A stretch of 64,000 bases of DNA from an uncultured Chloroflexia bacterium (GCA_963813335.1 CAWEYL010000001.1:192001-256000); one strand, 5' to 3'. Positions 19,565-28,851 are shown, counted from the stretch's first letter. Notes: generated by a model not told the origin, from the letters alone. Numbers and translations: made by a program.

Positions 19565-21316
19565 CTACCGCGGCCGACCCTGCAGCCGCGGCACCAGCGT
19601 CGTGAGCTCCGAGGCGATGTCGACCGGCCGCGCCCCCAGCGCGGCCAGCAGCTCGAACACGGCCTCGCGCTCCTCGTGGCACATCAGCACGATGACCCGG
19701 GCATCGCCGCGGCCGCCGGTCGGCCCGTGGCCCGCGGCCCCGTTCAGTTCAGCCCGGAGCGCAGCCGTCTCGGACTCGTAGATCGCGACGTCCGCCGCAT
19801 CCCCGCCGCCGGCGACCACCCCGGCCAGTAGCTCCCCGACGACGGACTCGGCCGACCGCCCGCGGAGGTAGCGGAGGGTCTGCTTGATGGCGACCCGCTG
19901 CGCCCGCTCGGCGGCGATCCGCCCGATGCCGCGCAGCGTGTCGTCCGGCCGGTCGCCGGCCGTGCCGATGATCGCGGTGATCGGGGTGGCGCGACCCGCG
20001 GCCCCCGCGGCGATCCCTTCCGCCACGTCCAGCACGGCCGAGATCCCCGCCTCGTTGTGGGCGAAGTCGACGATGACGATCCGCCCGCCGAGGCGGAACA
20101 GGTTCAGGCGCCCCGGTGAGATGTCGGCGGTCGGCCGGAAGTCGAGGAGGCCATCGCGGACCTGCTCGATCGTGGCGCCGAGCCCGCGCGCCCCGCCGGC
20201 CGCCGCGAGCGCGTTCGCGACGTTGTGGCGGGCCAGCCCGCCGATCGTGATCGGGATCCGGCCGACCTCCGCGATCTCGGTCTCGCGTTCGCCGTCGGCC
20301 TCGATGAGCGTCCCGCGCCGGGCAATGTATGCGCGCCCGCCCCGGGCGCGATGGCGAACGACGATGGGCGACGCCGCGTCGAGCGCGAAGTAGGCGACCT
20401 GCGCGTGCACACGACGGGCGACCGCCGCGACCAGCGGGTCGTCGGCGTTGAGCACCACCCAGCCGTCCGGCTTCGTGATGCGGCAGATGGTCGACTTCAC
20501 CTCGGCCAGCTCGGGGAGGGTGTGGATCCCCTGCAGGTCGAGATGGTCGGACGAGACGTTGGTCAGCACGCTCGCCTCGTTGGATTCGTAGCCGACGCCG
20601 CGCAGGACGATGCCGCCGCGCGCGGTCTCGAGGACGGCGACGTCGATGTCGCGGCGGGCCAGGATCTGCTGCGCGCCGCCCGGGCCGGTCCAGTCGCCAG
20701 GATCGACCATCCGCTCGTCGACGAGGACGCCGTCGGAGGTGGTCATGCCGACGTGCCGGCCGGCGCCCATCAGGATGTGCGCGATCAGTCGCGTGACCGT
20801 GCTCTTGCCGTTCGTCCCCGAGATCGAGACGACCGGCACGTGCCGCTCGGCGTCGTGGATCCAGGACGGCGGGGTCGCCCGCGCCTCGGCGATCCGGTCG
20901 CTCCAGCGCTCCAGCAGCCTGGCCTGGGCGCCGGTGAGGTGGGCATGCCGCGACGGCGAGACGTCCCGATCGGTCAGCGCGAGCGCGGCCTCGGCGATGA
21001 CCTGCGCCCGCTCCGCCCCGCGCCACGGCACCGTGACGATCCAGTGCCCCGGGTCCGACGAGCGGTGGACGCGCAGCCCGCCGGTCCCCTCGCCGTGCTC
21101 GGTCCGCAGGCGGCGCAGCCAGGCCGCCAGCGTCACGATCCCGTACGGCCAGTCGCGGGGCGGCACGGCGGCACCCAGCCGGACGAGCGCATGGCGCGCC
21201 GGGTCGCGCTGGCCGTACCAGGTCCGCCGCCGGCCGATGGCGACCTCGAGCTTGACCACCGGCTCCAGCCGGTAGACGTTGGGCCCCTCGAACAGGCGGG
21301 TCTCGACCAGTCGCAC
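19565..21316 (-). CDS. CphA-like protein with N domain and Mur-ligase domain but no ATP-grasp domain
   Basis: N-terminal ETRLFEGPNVY resembles CphA ETRVLRGPNYW. About 160 aa later come VVSISGTNGKST, TTSDG, LETARGG, TNVSSDHL, VLNADD, HNVANALAA, PGRLN, DFAHN and AGDR. Confidence 0.85.
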   Translation of the reverse strand: MRLVETRLFEGPNVYRLEPVVKLEVAIGRRRTWYGQRDPARHALVRLGAAVPPRDWPYGIVTLAAWLRRLRTEHGEGTGGLRVHRSSDPGHWIVTVPWRGAERAQVIAEAALALTDRDVSPSRHAHLTGAQARLLERWSDRIAEARATPPSWIHDAERHVPVVSISGTNGKSTVTRLIAHILMGAGRHVGMTTSDGVLVDERMVDPGDWTGPGGAQQILARRDIDVAVLETARGGIVLRGVGYESNEASVLTNVSSDHLDLQGIHTLPELAEVKSTICRITKPDGWVVLNADDPLVAAVARRVHAQVAYFALDAASPIVVRHRARGGRAYIARRGTLIEADGERETEIAEVGRIPITIGGLARHNVANALAAAGGARGLGATIEQVRDGLLDFRPTADISPGRLNLFRLGGRIVIVDFAHNEAGISAVLDVAEGIAAGAAGRATPITAIIGTAGDRPDDTLRGIGRIAAERAQRVAIKQTLRYLRGRSAESVVGELLAGVVAGGGDAADVAIYESETAALRAELNGAAGHGPTGGRGDARVIVLMCHEEREAVFELLAALGARPVDIASELTTLVPRLQGRPR

Positions 21317-21349
21317 GGTCCGGGCAGGATAGCAACTAGACTCGGCGCG

Positions 21350-22576
21350 ATGGACGCCCCGACCGCCCTGCCCGACAGCGCGACGCTCGATGCGCTGCGC
21401 ACCGCCATCGATGCCGACCTGCCCGCCTACCTCGCCGATCTCGAGCGGGTCGTGAACATCGACTGCGGGAGCTACACGCCCGAGGGCGTCAACGTCGTCG
21501 GCCGCTGGACCGCCTCGTTCCTCGAGGGGCTCGGTGGACGCGTGGAGACCCGGCCCGACCCGGCCGGCCGGCTGGGAGACACCGTCGTCACGACGTTCGA
21601 CGGCGATCCGGGCGGCCCGCGGGTGCTCCTGATCGGTCACCTCGACACGGTCTTCGACCCGGGGACCGCCGCGGCGCGGCCGTTCCGCATCGCTGACGGC
21701 ATCGCGACCGGCCCCGGCGTCACCGACATGAAGTCCGGGCTCCTCGCCGGGCTCTACGCGCTCAAGGCGATCATCGGCACGACCGGCGGGCTGCCGTTCG
21801 AGCGCCTGACGTTCGTCGCCAACCCGGACGAGGAGATCGGCTCGCCGACCTCGACCCCGCACATCCGGGCGCTCGCCGCGGACGTCGATGCGGCGCTGGT
21901 CCTCGAGTGCGCCCGCGCCAACGGCGACATCGTCTCGTCGCGCAAGGGCATCCGCGACCTGCGCATCGAGGTCAGCGGCCGCGCCGCCCATGCCGGCGTC
22001 GAGCCCGAGAAGGGGCGGAGCGCGATCCTCGAGGCGGCCCGCATCGTCCGCGACCTGCACGATCTGAACGGCCGGTGGCCGGGCGTGACCGTCAACGTCG
22101 GGGTGATCGCCGGCGGCTCGCGCTTCAACGTGGTCCCCGAGCATTGCCGGCTCGATGTCGACGTCCGCGGCGTCGCCCGGGCGGAGCTCGAGGCGGCCGA
22201 GGCGGAGATCCGCCGGATCGCGGCGGCGACCGTCGTCCCGGACACGACGGTCGAGATCCACGCCGACGCCGGCTGGTGGCCGATGGAGAAGCTCGCCCGC
22301 AGCGCCCGGCTCCTCGAGCACGCGCAGGGCGTCGCCGGCGCGCTCGGCTTCGACCTCGGTGACGCCGCGACCGGCGGCGCCTCGGACGCCAACACCACCT
22401 CCGGCATGGGGATCCCCAGCCTCGACGGGCTCGGCCCGATCGGCGGCAACGACCATTCGCCCGCCGAGTACCTCGAGGTCGATTCGATCGTGCCGCGAAC
22501 GACGCTGCTGGCCGGCCTGCTCCTGGCGATCGCCCACGACCCGCAGGTCCTCGCCTGGCGCGACGCCCCGGGATGA
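21350..22576 (+). CDS. M20 family metallopeptidase (carboxypeptidase G2-like)
   Basis: GHLDTVF, GPGVTDMKSG, PDEEIGS, GRAAHAG, GGASDAN, DGLGPIGGNDH...EY. Confidence 0.9.
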   Translation: MDAPTALPDSATLDALRTAIDADLPAYLADLERVVNIDCGSYTPEGVNVVGRWTASFLEGLGGRVETRPDPAGRLGDTVVTTFDGDPGGPRVLLIGHLDTVFDPGTAAARPFRIADGIATGPGVTDMKSGLLAGLYALKAIIGTTGGLPFERLTFVANPDEEIGSPTSTPHIRALAADVDAALVLECARANGDIVSSRKGIRDLRIEVSGRAAHAGVEPEKGRSAILEAARIVRDLHDLNGRWPGVTVNVGVIAGGSRFNVVPEHCRLDVDVRGVARAELEAAEAEIRRIAAATVVPDTTVEIHADAGWWPMEKLARSARLLEHAQGVAGALGFDLGDAATGGASDANTTSGMGIPSLDGLGPIGGNDHSPAEYLEVDSIVPRTTLLAGLLLAIAHDPQVLAWRDAPG

Positions 22577-22962
22577 CGGACCGTCGCCTGATCTCCTCGG
22601 GCGGGCCGCTCGAAGCGGTCGCCGGCTACAGCCGCGCGGTCGTCGTCGGCGACAGCTGCTGGGTCGCCGGCACCACGGATCTCGGCCCGGACGGGCGGTC
22701 GCGCCACCCGGGCGACGTCACGGCGCAGGCGCGGGCGACGCTCGACATCATCGCGGCGGCTCTGGCGGAGGGCGGCTTCCGCCTCGAGGACGTCGTGCGG
22801 ACCCGGATGTACGTCACGGACGTCGCGCTCGCCCGGGACGTCATGGCGGTCCACGGCGAGGTCTTCGGCGCCATCCGGCCGGCGGCCACGCTGGTCGGGG
22901 TCGCGGCACTGGTGGACCCGAGCCTGCTGGTCGAGATCGAGGTCGACGCCCGCCGGGGTTAG
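22573..22962 (+). CDS. RidA/YjgF family protein
   Basis: GYSRAV, AGTT, DVVRTRMYV, IRPAATLV, LVEIEVDA; ATGA coupling to the M20 gene. Confidence 0.9.
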   Translation: MTDRRLISSGGPLEAVAGYSRAVVVGDSCWVAGTTDLGPDGRSRHPGDVTAQARATLDIIAAALAEGGFRLEDVVRTRMYVTDVALARDVMAVHGEVFGAIRPAATLVGVAALVDPSLLVEIEVDARRG

Positions 22963-22965
22963 CCC

Positions 22966-23307
22966 CTAGGGCAGCGCCGCCAGTCCGAGGTTGCGGGCCA
23001 CGACGACCACGATCACCGCGGCGGCGAGCCCGAGGAACAGGTTCTTCCGCCACGCGACCAGGCCGAGGCACACGAAGAGCGCCAGCCACTCCACGCCGAC
23101 ATGGAAGGTGGGACCCGATCCTTCTGACGTCGTGACCATGACGGCGACGGCCGCGAGCGCCGCGAGCACGGCCGGCCCGACCAGCTGGAGGTAATCGAGC
23201 ACGACCTTGGGCAGGCGGTCCATCGCCGGCGCGAGGAGGCCGAGCGCCCGCGAGGGATAGGTCACCGCGAACATCAGGACCGCGAGCCAGACGAGGTTCG
23301 TGCTCAT
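22966..23307 (-). CDS. azlD: AzlD-family membrane protein
   Basis: VTYPSR...PAVLAAL in a small hydrophobic protein immediately downstream of azlC. Confidence 0.75.
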   Translation of the reverse strand: MSTNLVWLAVLMFAVTYPSRALGLLAPAMDRLPKVVLDYLQLVGPAVLAALAAVAVMVTTSEGSGPTFHVGVEWLALFVCLGLVAWRKNLFLGLAAAVIVVVVARNLGLAALP

Positions 23308-24137
23308 CGGTCCGGGGCCTCTCCGTCCGCTGGGGGGCCGGAGGGTTCGGCGGGCGCGTCGGGCCCGAGATGCGTCCCCGGCATCGAGTAGATCTCCGCC
23401 GACGCCTCGGATCCGAGCGGCGCGGTCTCATGGGCGACCCGTGCCGGCACCAGCATCCCGACCAACGGCCCGAGGATGCCGCCGGCGATGATCCCGATCG
23501 ACGCGCTGGTTCCCAGTGCGACCAGGACCGCGATCGCCGCGCCGGCCAGCGCCGCGACGATCTCGCGCCGGCCGGTGATCAGGCCGACCGCCAGCCCGAC
23601 CATCGCGGCCGGGAAGATGATGTCGATGCCGAAGCGGGACGGGTCCGGGATCTGCCCACCGAGCAGCACCCCCGCGAGCGTCGCGAGGTTCCAGGGGATG
23701 AAGGTCACGAGGATGGCCGCGATCCAGTAGCCGCGGGTGTCGGCCCAGCCGAGACGGCGGAAGTGGGCGATGGTCAGCGCGTACGCCTCATCGGTCAGGA
23801 GGTGGGCCATCACGACGCGCCGTCGCCGCGGGACGTCGCGCAGCCACGGGGCCAGCGACGCGGAGTAGAGCAGGTGACGGGCGTTGAGCAGGCCGGTCAG
23901 CAGCACGATGCCGGGCCACGGCAATCCGCCGACGACGTAGCCCACGGCCGCGAACTGGGCTGCCCCGGCGAACGCGATCGTGCTCATCGCCATGGCCTCG
24001 ATCGGCGAGAACCCGGCCTGGCGGGCCGAGAGCCCGTAGACGAACGCGAAGCCGATCGCCGAGACCGCGATGCCGACCCCGTCCGTCGCGAGCCGGCGGC
24101 GGCTCGCCCTGACGTCGGGGCCTGCAGCGACGCTCAG
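23304..24137 (-). CDS. azlC: AzlC-family branched-chain amino acid exporter permease (start approximate)
   Basis: MSTIAFAGAAQF, LLNARHLLYSASL, LTDEAYA, FGIDIIFPA. Confidence 0.85.
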   Translation of the reverse strand: MSVAAGPDVRASRRRLATDGVGIAVSAIGFAFVYGLSARQAGFSPIEAMAMSTIAFAGAAQFAAVGYVVGGLPWPGIVLLTGLLNARHLLYSASLAPWLRDVPRRRRVVMAHLLTDEAYALTIAHFRRLGWADTRGYWIAAILVTFIPWNLATLAGVLLGGQIPDPSRFGIDIIFPAAMVGLAVGLITGRREIVAALAGAAIAVLVALGTSASIGIIAGGILGPLVGMLVPARVAHETAPLGSEASAEIYSMPGTHLGPDAPAEPSGPPADGEAPDR

Positions 24138-24406
24138 CGCAGGAACGTCTTCGCGCAGGTGCCGTCGCAGACCACGAAGACCGCGTGCTTCTCGACCGCG
24201 TACCCCGCGGCGTGGAGCAGACCCGGGCAGCCCGGGGTCGGGCACTTCCAGACCCACCAGCGCTCGTCCTCGCCGAGCGGCGTCGTCTCGGCGGCCAGCG
24301 TCGCCGCGAGGCCCTCGCGCGCGGCCACGAGCGACGCGATCCGGGCGGCGCGCTCGCCATCGGTCTCGCTCGTGTACGGGTAGTTCTGGCTGACGTTCGA
24401 AGTCAC
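24134..24406 (-). CDS. Small hypothetical protein with Zn-ribbon-like Cys pattern
   Basis: About 90 aa; WWVWKCPTPGCPGLLH...VVCDGTCAKTFLR; GGAGG RBS upstream. Confidence 0.65.
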   Translation of the reverse strand: MTSNVSQNYPYTSETDGERAARIASLVAAREGLAATLAAETTPLGEDERWWVWKCPTPGCPGLLHAAGYAVEKHAVFVVCDGTCAKTFLR

Positions 24407-24539
24407 CGGCCCCTCCACGGCCCGCCCATCGGACGGCAAGGCCGGTGGCGGCGTCGTGTGAGCGCAGCCTGCCACCGGCGGAGGCGAGTATCGCATATGG
24501 CGGAAGCGAACCACCGTGACCGCATGGTCCTGGGGCCCG

Positions 24540-26210
24540 TCACCAGACGGCTGGCAGCCCGTCGCTGCGAGGGTCCGTGGCGGCCGCGAGCGACCCGTCC
24601 TGGGCCGCCGGGCCCCCGCGGACCAGTTCGATGGCGTGTTCGTGGCCGAGATTCGGATCGAAGGGCTCGACGAGCGTGACCGGGTGCCCGAGCGCGGTCA
24701 GCGACGGCGCGATCCCGGCCACGTGCCGCGGCTCGAGGCGGACCTCGACCGGCGGATCGAAGTGGGCGAGCGGCTCCACGTACCAGCGCGGCGCGGCGAC
24801 CCCGGTCGCGACGTCGACGCCGCCGTCGACGAGTGCCGACACCAGCTGCGCGTGGATCTGCGGCTGGGCGTCGCCGCCCATCGAGCCGGCGACCACCCAC
24901 GGACCCGGCTGGCCGTCCCGGAACAGCATCCCGGGGAGCAGCGTGTGGAGCGTCCGCTTGCCCGGCGCGAGCACGTTGGCGTGCCCCGGGTCGAGGCTGA
25001 AGTACGACCCGCGGTCCTGGTAGTGGATGCCCGTCAGCGGGTCCATGACGCCCGAACCGAAGCCGCGGTAGTTCGATTCGATGAGGCTGACGGCATTGCC
25101 GGCCGCGTCCACCGTCGCGAGGTAGATCGTGCCGCCGCCGCTCGGGTTCGTGGCGTTCGCGGGGCGTGCCGCGCGTCGCGGGTCGATGCGCGCCGCCAGC
25201 TCGGCGGCGTAGGCCGGGTCGAGCAGCCGATCGACGGGGATGTCGCGGAACGCCGGGTCGGTCAGGTGGGCGTCGCGGTCGGCCATGGCGAGCTTCGCGG
25301 CCTCGATGCCGAGGTGGATCCAGGCCGGGTCGGTGACGCCGTTCGGGCCGAATGCGCTCGCCGGCGGCGGCTCGAGCTGGGCGAGGATCGACAGCAGCTC
25401 CAGGGCGACGATGCCCGAGCTGTTCGGCGGATGGCTGGTGACCCGCGTCCCGCGGTAGTCGATGGCGATCGGCTCGCCCCACGTCGAGGTGTGCCCGCGG
25501 AGGTCGTCGAGGGTCAGGAACGCGCCGATGTCCGCGAAGAGGCGCGCCTGCCGCTCGGCGAGGTCGCCCTCGTAGAACGCGTCGAACCCCTCGTCGACCA
25601 GGGTCTCGAGCGTCCCCGCCAGGGCGGGGAGACGCACCCGCTCGCCGGGGAGCCAGGCGCGACCCAGCGGCCGGCAGACCGCGAAGAACCCGGCCTCCGG
25701 CCCGAGCGTGGTCGCGACGGTCGGGGCGAGCTCCTCGACGGCGTCACTGAACGAGCCCGTCGCCGCGAACCCGTCCCGTGCCAATTCGATCGCTGGACCC
25801 AGGATCGCCGCCCGCGACAGCCGGCCGAAGCGCGCGTGGGCGTCGCCCCACGAGCGGACGGCGCCCGGGACGGTGATCGACAGCGGGCCGCGCGCGGGGA
25901 TCTCCGTCAGGCCGCTCGCCCGCAGGAATGCCGCGTCGGCCCTGGACCCGGCCCGCCCCGATCCGTTGAGGGCGGATTGCCGACCCTCGGCCGCATCCCA
26001 GATCAGCCAGAAGGCGTCGCCGCCGATCCCGCAGCTGCTTGGCTCGACCACGCCCAGGACCGCGTTCGTCGCGATCGCTGCGTCGACCGCGGACCCGCCG
26101 GCGCGCAGGACCCCGAGCCCCGCCGCGGTCGCGAGATGGTTCGGCGCGACCACCGCACCGTGGGTGCCGCGCGCCAGCGGCCAGGGGCCCTGGACGCGAG
26201 CCGTGGTCAC
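24540..26210 (-). CDS. Gamma-glutamyltransferase family protein (Ntn hydrolase)
   Basis: GGSAVDAAIA, GIGGDAF, TVPGAV, PPNSSG, GGTIYL (Thr nucleophile), GFGSG, HTL, MGGDAQPQ, DPRSDG. Confidence 0.9.
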   Translation of the reverse strand: MTTARVQGPWPLARGTHGAVVAPNHLATAAGLGVLRAGGSAVDAAIATNAVLGVVEPSSCGIGGDAFWLIWDAAEGRQSALNGSGRAGSRADAAFLRASGLTEIPARGPLSITVPGAVRSWGDAHARFGRLSRAAILGPAIELARDGFAATGSFSDAVEELAPTVATTLGPEAGFFAVCRPLGRAWLPGERVRLPALAGTLETLVDEGFDAFYEGDLAERQARLFADIGAFLTLDDLRGHTSTWGEPIAIDYRGTRVTSHPPNSSGIVALELLSILAQLEPPPASAFGPNGVTDPAWIHLGIEAAKLAMADRDAHLTDPAFRDIPVDRLLDPAYAAELAARIDPRRAARPANATNPSGGGTIYLATVDAAGNAVSLIESNYRGFGSGVMDPLTGIHYQDRGSYFSLDPGHANVLAPGKRTLHTLLPGMLFRDGQPGPWVVAGSMGGDAQPQIHAQLVSALVDGGVDVATGVAAPRWYVEPLAHFDPPVEVRLEPRHVAGIAPSLTALGHPVTLVEPFDPNLGHEHAIELVRGGPAAQDGSLAAATDPRSDGLPAVW

Positions 26211-27487
26211 GCCGGGTTCGTGCCGATCGACGGGAGCTGGTCGAGCTGATGCTCCTGGGCCCGCAGCCGGGCCAGCGGCACGACGGCGATGCCGAGCAGC
26301 GCGAGCGTCGCGATGAACATGCCGTCGATGCCGAGCCAGTCCGCGGCCACGCCCCCGATCAGGCTCCCGACGATCTGGCCGAGCGCAAGGAAGACCGAGT
26401 ACAGGCCCATGATCGCGCCGCGGTCCGTCGGGAAGCGCTCCGACATGTCGGCGAGCAGCCCGAGTGCGGCGGGCGTCGCACCCGCCAGCACGAACAGCCC
26501 GGCTGCCGCGGCCACGCCCGCGACGATCGCCACGACCGGGGCGGCCATCGCGAGGTGGTTCGTGATCAGGCCGGCGATGACCAGGACCGCGCCGCCGCCG
26601 ACGCCGTAGCCGATGATCGTGGTCCGCCGAAGCGCCTTGAACCGGTTGCCCCAGTACAGCAGGCCGGCCCCGAACACGATGGCGACCGCGATCCCGCCGA
26701 TGATGATCTGGTTCGCCGAGAAGCCCACCATCAGGGCCTGGTCGGGGAACCGCGGGTCGCCCTTGGCCAGCTGGAAGAAGGACTGGCTCAACCAGACGCC
26801 GATCGCGGCGTTGAGCGCGATCCAGGTCGGCGCGAGCAGCCAGACGTGCGAGGTCCGGATCAGGTCGAGGTAGCGGCCGATCCGGACGTGCTCGCCCGCG
26901 ACGGCCTCGGCCTCCCCGGCCGGATCCTGCACGCCGAACCGGTAGATGAGGAACGAGACCCCGTACAGCCCGGCGTTGATGAAGAACGCCGGCTGGCCGA
27001 AGAGCTCGAACAACTTGACGCCCACGATCGCCCCGCCGGCGAGACCGGCGAGCGTCACGCCTTCGAAGCGGGCCGCGGTCTGGCCGCGCAGGAGCTCGTT
27101 CCCTGCCGTCGCGAGGGCGATGAAGCCCAGGATCGAGGGCACGCTGGCCGCGCCCGATGCGCCCTCGAGGATCCGTGTCCCGCCGAGGAGGAACAGGTTC
27201 GTGGTCAGGGCGGTGAGGATCACCGCGATCGCGCCGAAGATCGGGCCGAAGAGCATGACCCGGTGGTGCCCGAGACGGTCCGACAGGACGCCGAAGACCG
27301 GCGAGAGGACGAGCTCGGCGAGATAGAACAGGGCCGCGTAGAGGCCGACCACGAACCCGTCGACCGAGGACCCGCCGTGGTCGGGGAGATGGACGAGGTA
27401 GAACGCCAGCATCGAGCCGGTCAGGCCAGTGCTGAAACGGAGCACGAACGTACCGGCCAGGACGGCCCGGAGGGAGCGTTCCATCAC
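26207..27487 (-). CDS. MFS transporter
   Basis: About 12 TM helices; GVLSDRLGHHR motif A. Confidence 0.85.
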   Translation of the reverse strand: MMERSLRAVLAGTFVLRFSTGLTGSMLAFYLVHLPDHGGSSVDGFVVGLYAALFYLAELVLSPVFGVLSDRLGHHRVMLFGPIFGAIAVILTALTTNLFLLGGTRILEGASGAASVPSILGFIALATAGNELLRGQTAARFEGVTLAGLAGGAIVGVKLFELFGQPAFFINAGLYGVSFLIYRFGVQDPAGEAEAVAGEHVRIGRYLDLIRTSHVWLLAPTWIALNAAIGVWLSQSFFQLAKGDPRFPDQALMVGFSANQIIIGGIAVAIVFGAGLLYWGNRFKALRRTTIIGYGVGGGAVLVIAGLITNHLAMAAPVVAIVAGVAAAAGLFVLAGATPAALGLLADMSERFPTDRGAIMGLYSVFLALGQIVGSLIGGVAADWLGIDGMFIATLALLGIAVVPLARLRAQEHQLDQLPSIGTNPA

Positions 27488-27585
27488 CGAAAGCGTAGCG
27501 GCTCCACCGGTCGCGGTGGCGACACCGGGCTGGACCCGGCCCGTATCATGCCCGCAACCCTTGGCGAGACGGCAGGAGGAACCAC

Positions 27586-28431
27586 TTGAGCCGCGTCGCG
27601 ATCTTCACCGATTCCGCGTCGGACATGGACCCGGCCGAAGCCGCCAGCGACGGGATCGAGGTGATCCCGCTGCTCGTCTCGTTCGGCCCCGAGACATTCA
27701 CCGCCGGGGTCGAGCTGTCCGCGGACGCGTTCTGGGAGCGGATGATCGCCCCGGATGCCCCGTTCCCGACGACCGCGGCCTCGTCGCCTGGCGTGTTCAA
27801 GGAGGCCTACGAGGCCGCGTTCGAGGCGGGTGCCGAGGCGATCGTCTCGATCCACGTCGCGGGCACGCTGTCCGGCACGATCAAGAGCGCCCAGGTCGCA
27901 CGCGACATGCTGCCGGACCGCGAGATCCACGTCGTGGACTCGCTCGGCGCATCGATGGCGGAGGGGATCCTCGCACGGATGGGGGTCAAGCTCGCCGACG
28001 ACGGCCGCTCCGCCGCCGACATCGCGGCCACCCTCGAGGCGCGTGCGCCGGACATGCGGATGTACGTGGCCCTCGAGACCCTCGAATACCTGCGCAAGGG
28101 CGGCCGGATCAGTGGCGCGCAGGCCGCCATCGGCACGCTGCTCTCGGTCAAGCCGATCATCGCCGTGACCCACGGCGTCGTGGAGACGGCCGACCGGGTC
28201 CGCACCAGGTCGAAGGCGCGCGAACGGGTCATCGACCTGATCTGCGAGCGGCCGGTCGAATCCCTGGCGATCCTGCACACCGTCACCCCCGACGTCGAGG
28301 CCTTCCGCGACGAGGTCGTGGCGCGTGCCGGCCTGCGCGTCGAGGACGTCTCGATCAACCTCGTCGGCCCGTCCGTCGGGCCTCACTTGGGGCCAGGCTG
28401 CGTCGGAGCGGCTGTTCTCTATCGCGTGTAG
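27586..28431 (+). CDS. DegV family fatty-acid-binding protein
   Basis: IFTDSASD, LSGT, VVDS, LEYLRKGGRI, SVKPII, HLGPG; GGAGGA RBS with TTG start. Confidence 0.92.
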   Translation: MSRVAIFTDSASDMDPAEAASDGIEVIPLLVSFGPETFTAGVELSADAFWERMIAPDAPFPTTAASSPGVFKEAYEAAFEAGAEAIVSIHVAGTLSGTIKSAQVARDMLPDREIHVVDSLGASMAEGILARMGVKLADDGRSAADIAATLEARAPDMRMYVALETLEYLRKGGRISGAQAAIGTLLSVKPIIAVTHGVVETADRVRTRSKARERVIDLICERPVESLAILHTVTPDVEAFRDEVVARAGLRVEDVSINLVGPSVGPHLGPGCVGAAVLYRV

Positions 28432-28540
28432 GCGGGGCCCGCCCATCCGAGCCCGTCGCGGCGTTGGGCGCTGCGCGCGCTCGCTCACGCACCTTGGGGT
28501 GCGCTCGCTCCCGTGCTCGCGCCCGCCTTGCGCCGGGCCC

Positions 28541-28644
28541 GCCTTGGCGGGCCCAAGGCAGTTCGTCTTGGCGGCCGGCTGAGCGGGCCCTAGGCAGTTC
28601 GGTTCGGCGGCCGGCTTGGCGGGCCCAAGGCGGTTCGTTGCGGC
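28541..28644. repeat. Three tandem ~36-37 bp palindromic units
   Basis: GCCTTGGCGGGCCCAAGGCAGTTCG.., GCTGAGCGGGCCCTAGGCAGTTCG.. and GCTTGGCGGGCCCAAGGCGGTTCG.. start at about 28541, 28578 and 28614. Confidence 0.7.
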
Positions 28645-28851
28645 ATGGTTGCGGCAACCTTGCGGACCGGTACCATCGAGCAGGCGAAATCCGGGGTAGT
28701 CGGGCTATACTTTCGGCCAGATGAGTCGCGCAACGGACCTCCGGCGATCCCGCTGGGACCCGGCCGCTGCGCCCCGTGGGGTCGTCCGGGAGACGACCCG
28801 CGATGACGAGGCGGCACGACGTTGCCGCCCGACGATGAGGTTCCCCCTCCG

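Noticed and set aside
19565-22537. 990-aa version of the CphA paralog
   Set aside because: The first ~400 aa are the antisense shadow of the M20 peptidase and are not an ATP-grasp domain; the likely start is GTG at 21316.
28541-28644. Possible CRISPR array
   Set aside because: Only three degenerate, near-contiguous units, no spacer-length unique sequence, and no cas genes.
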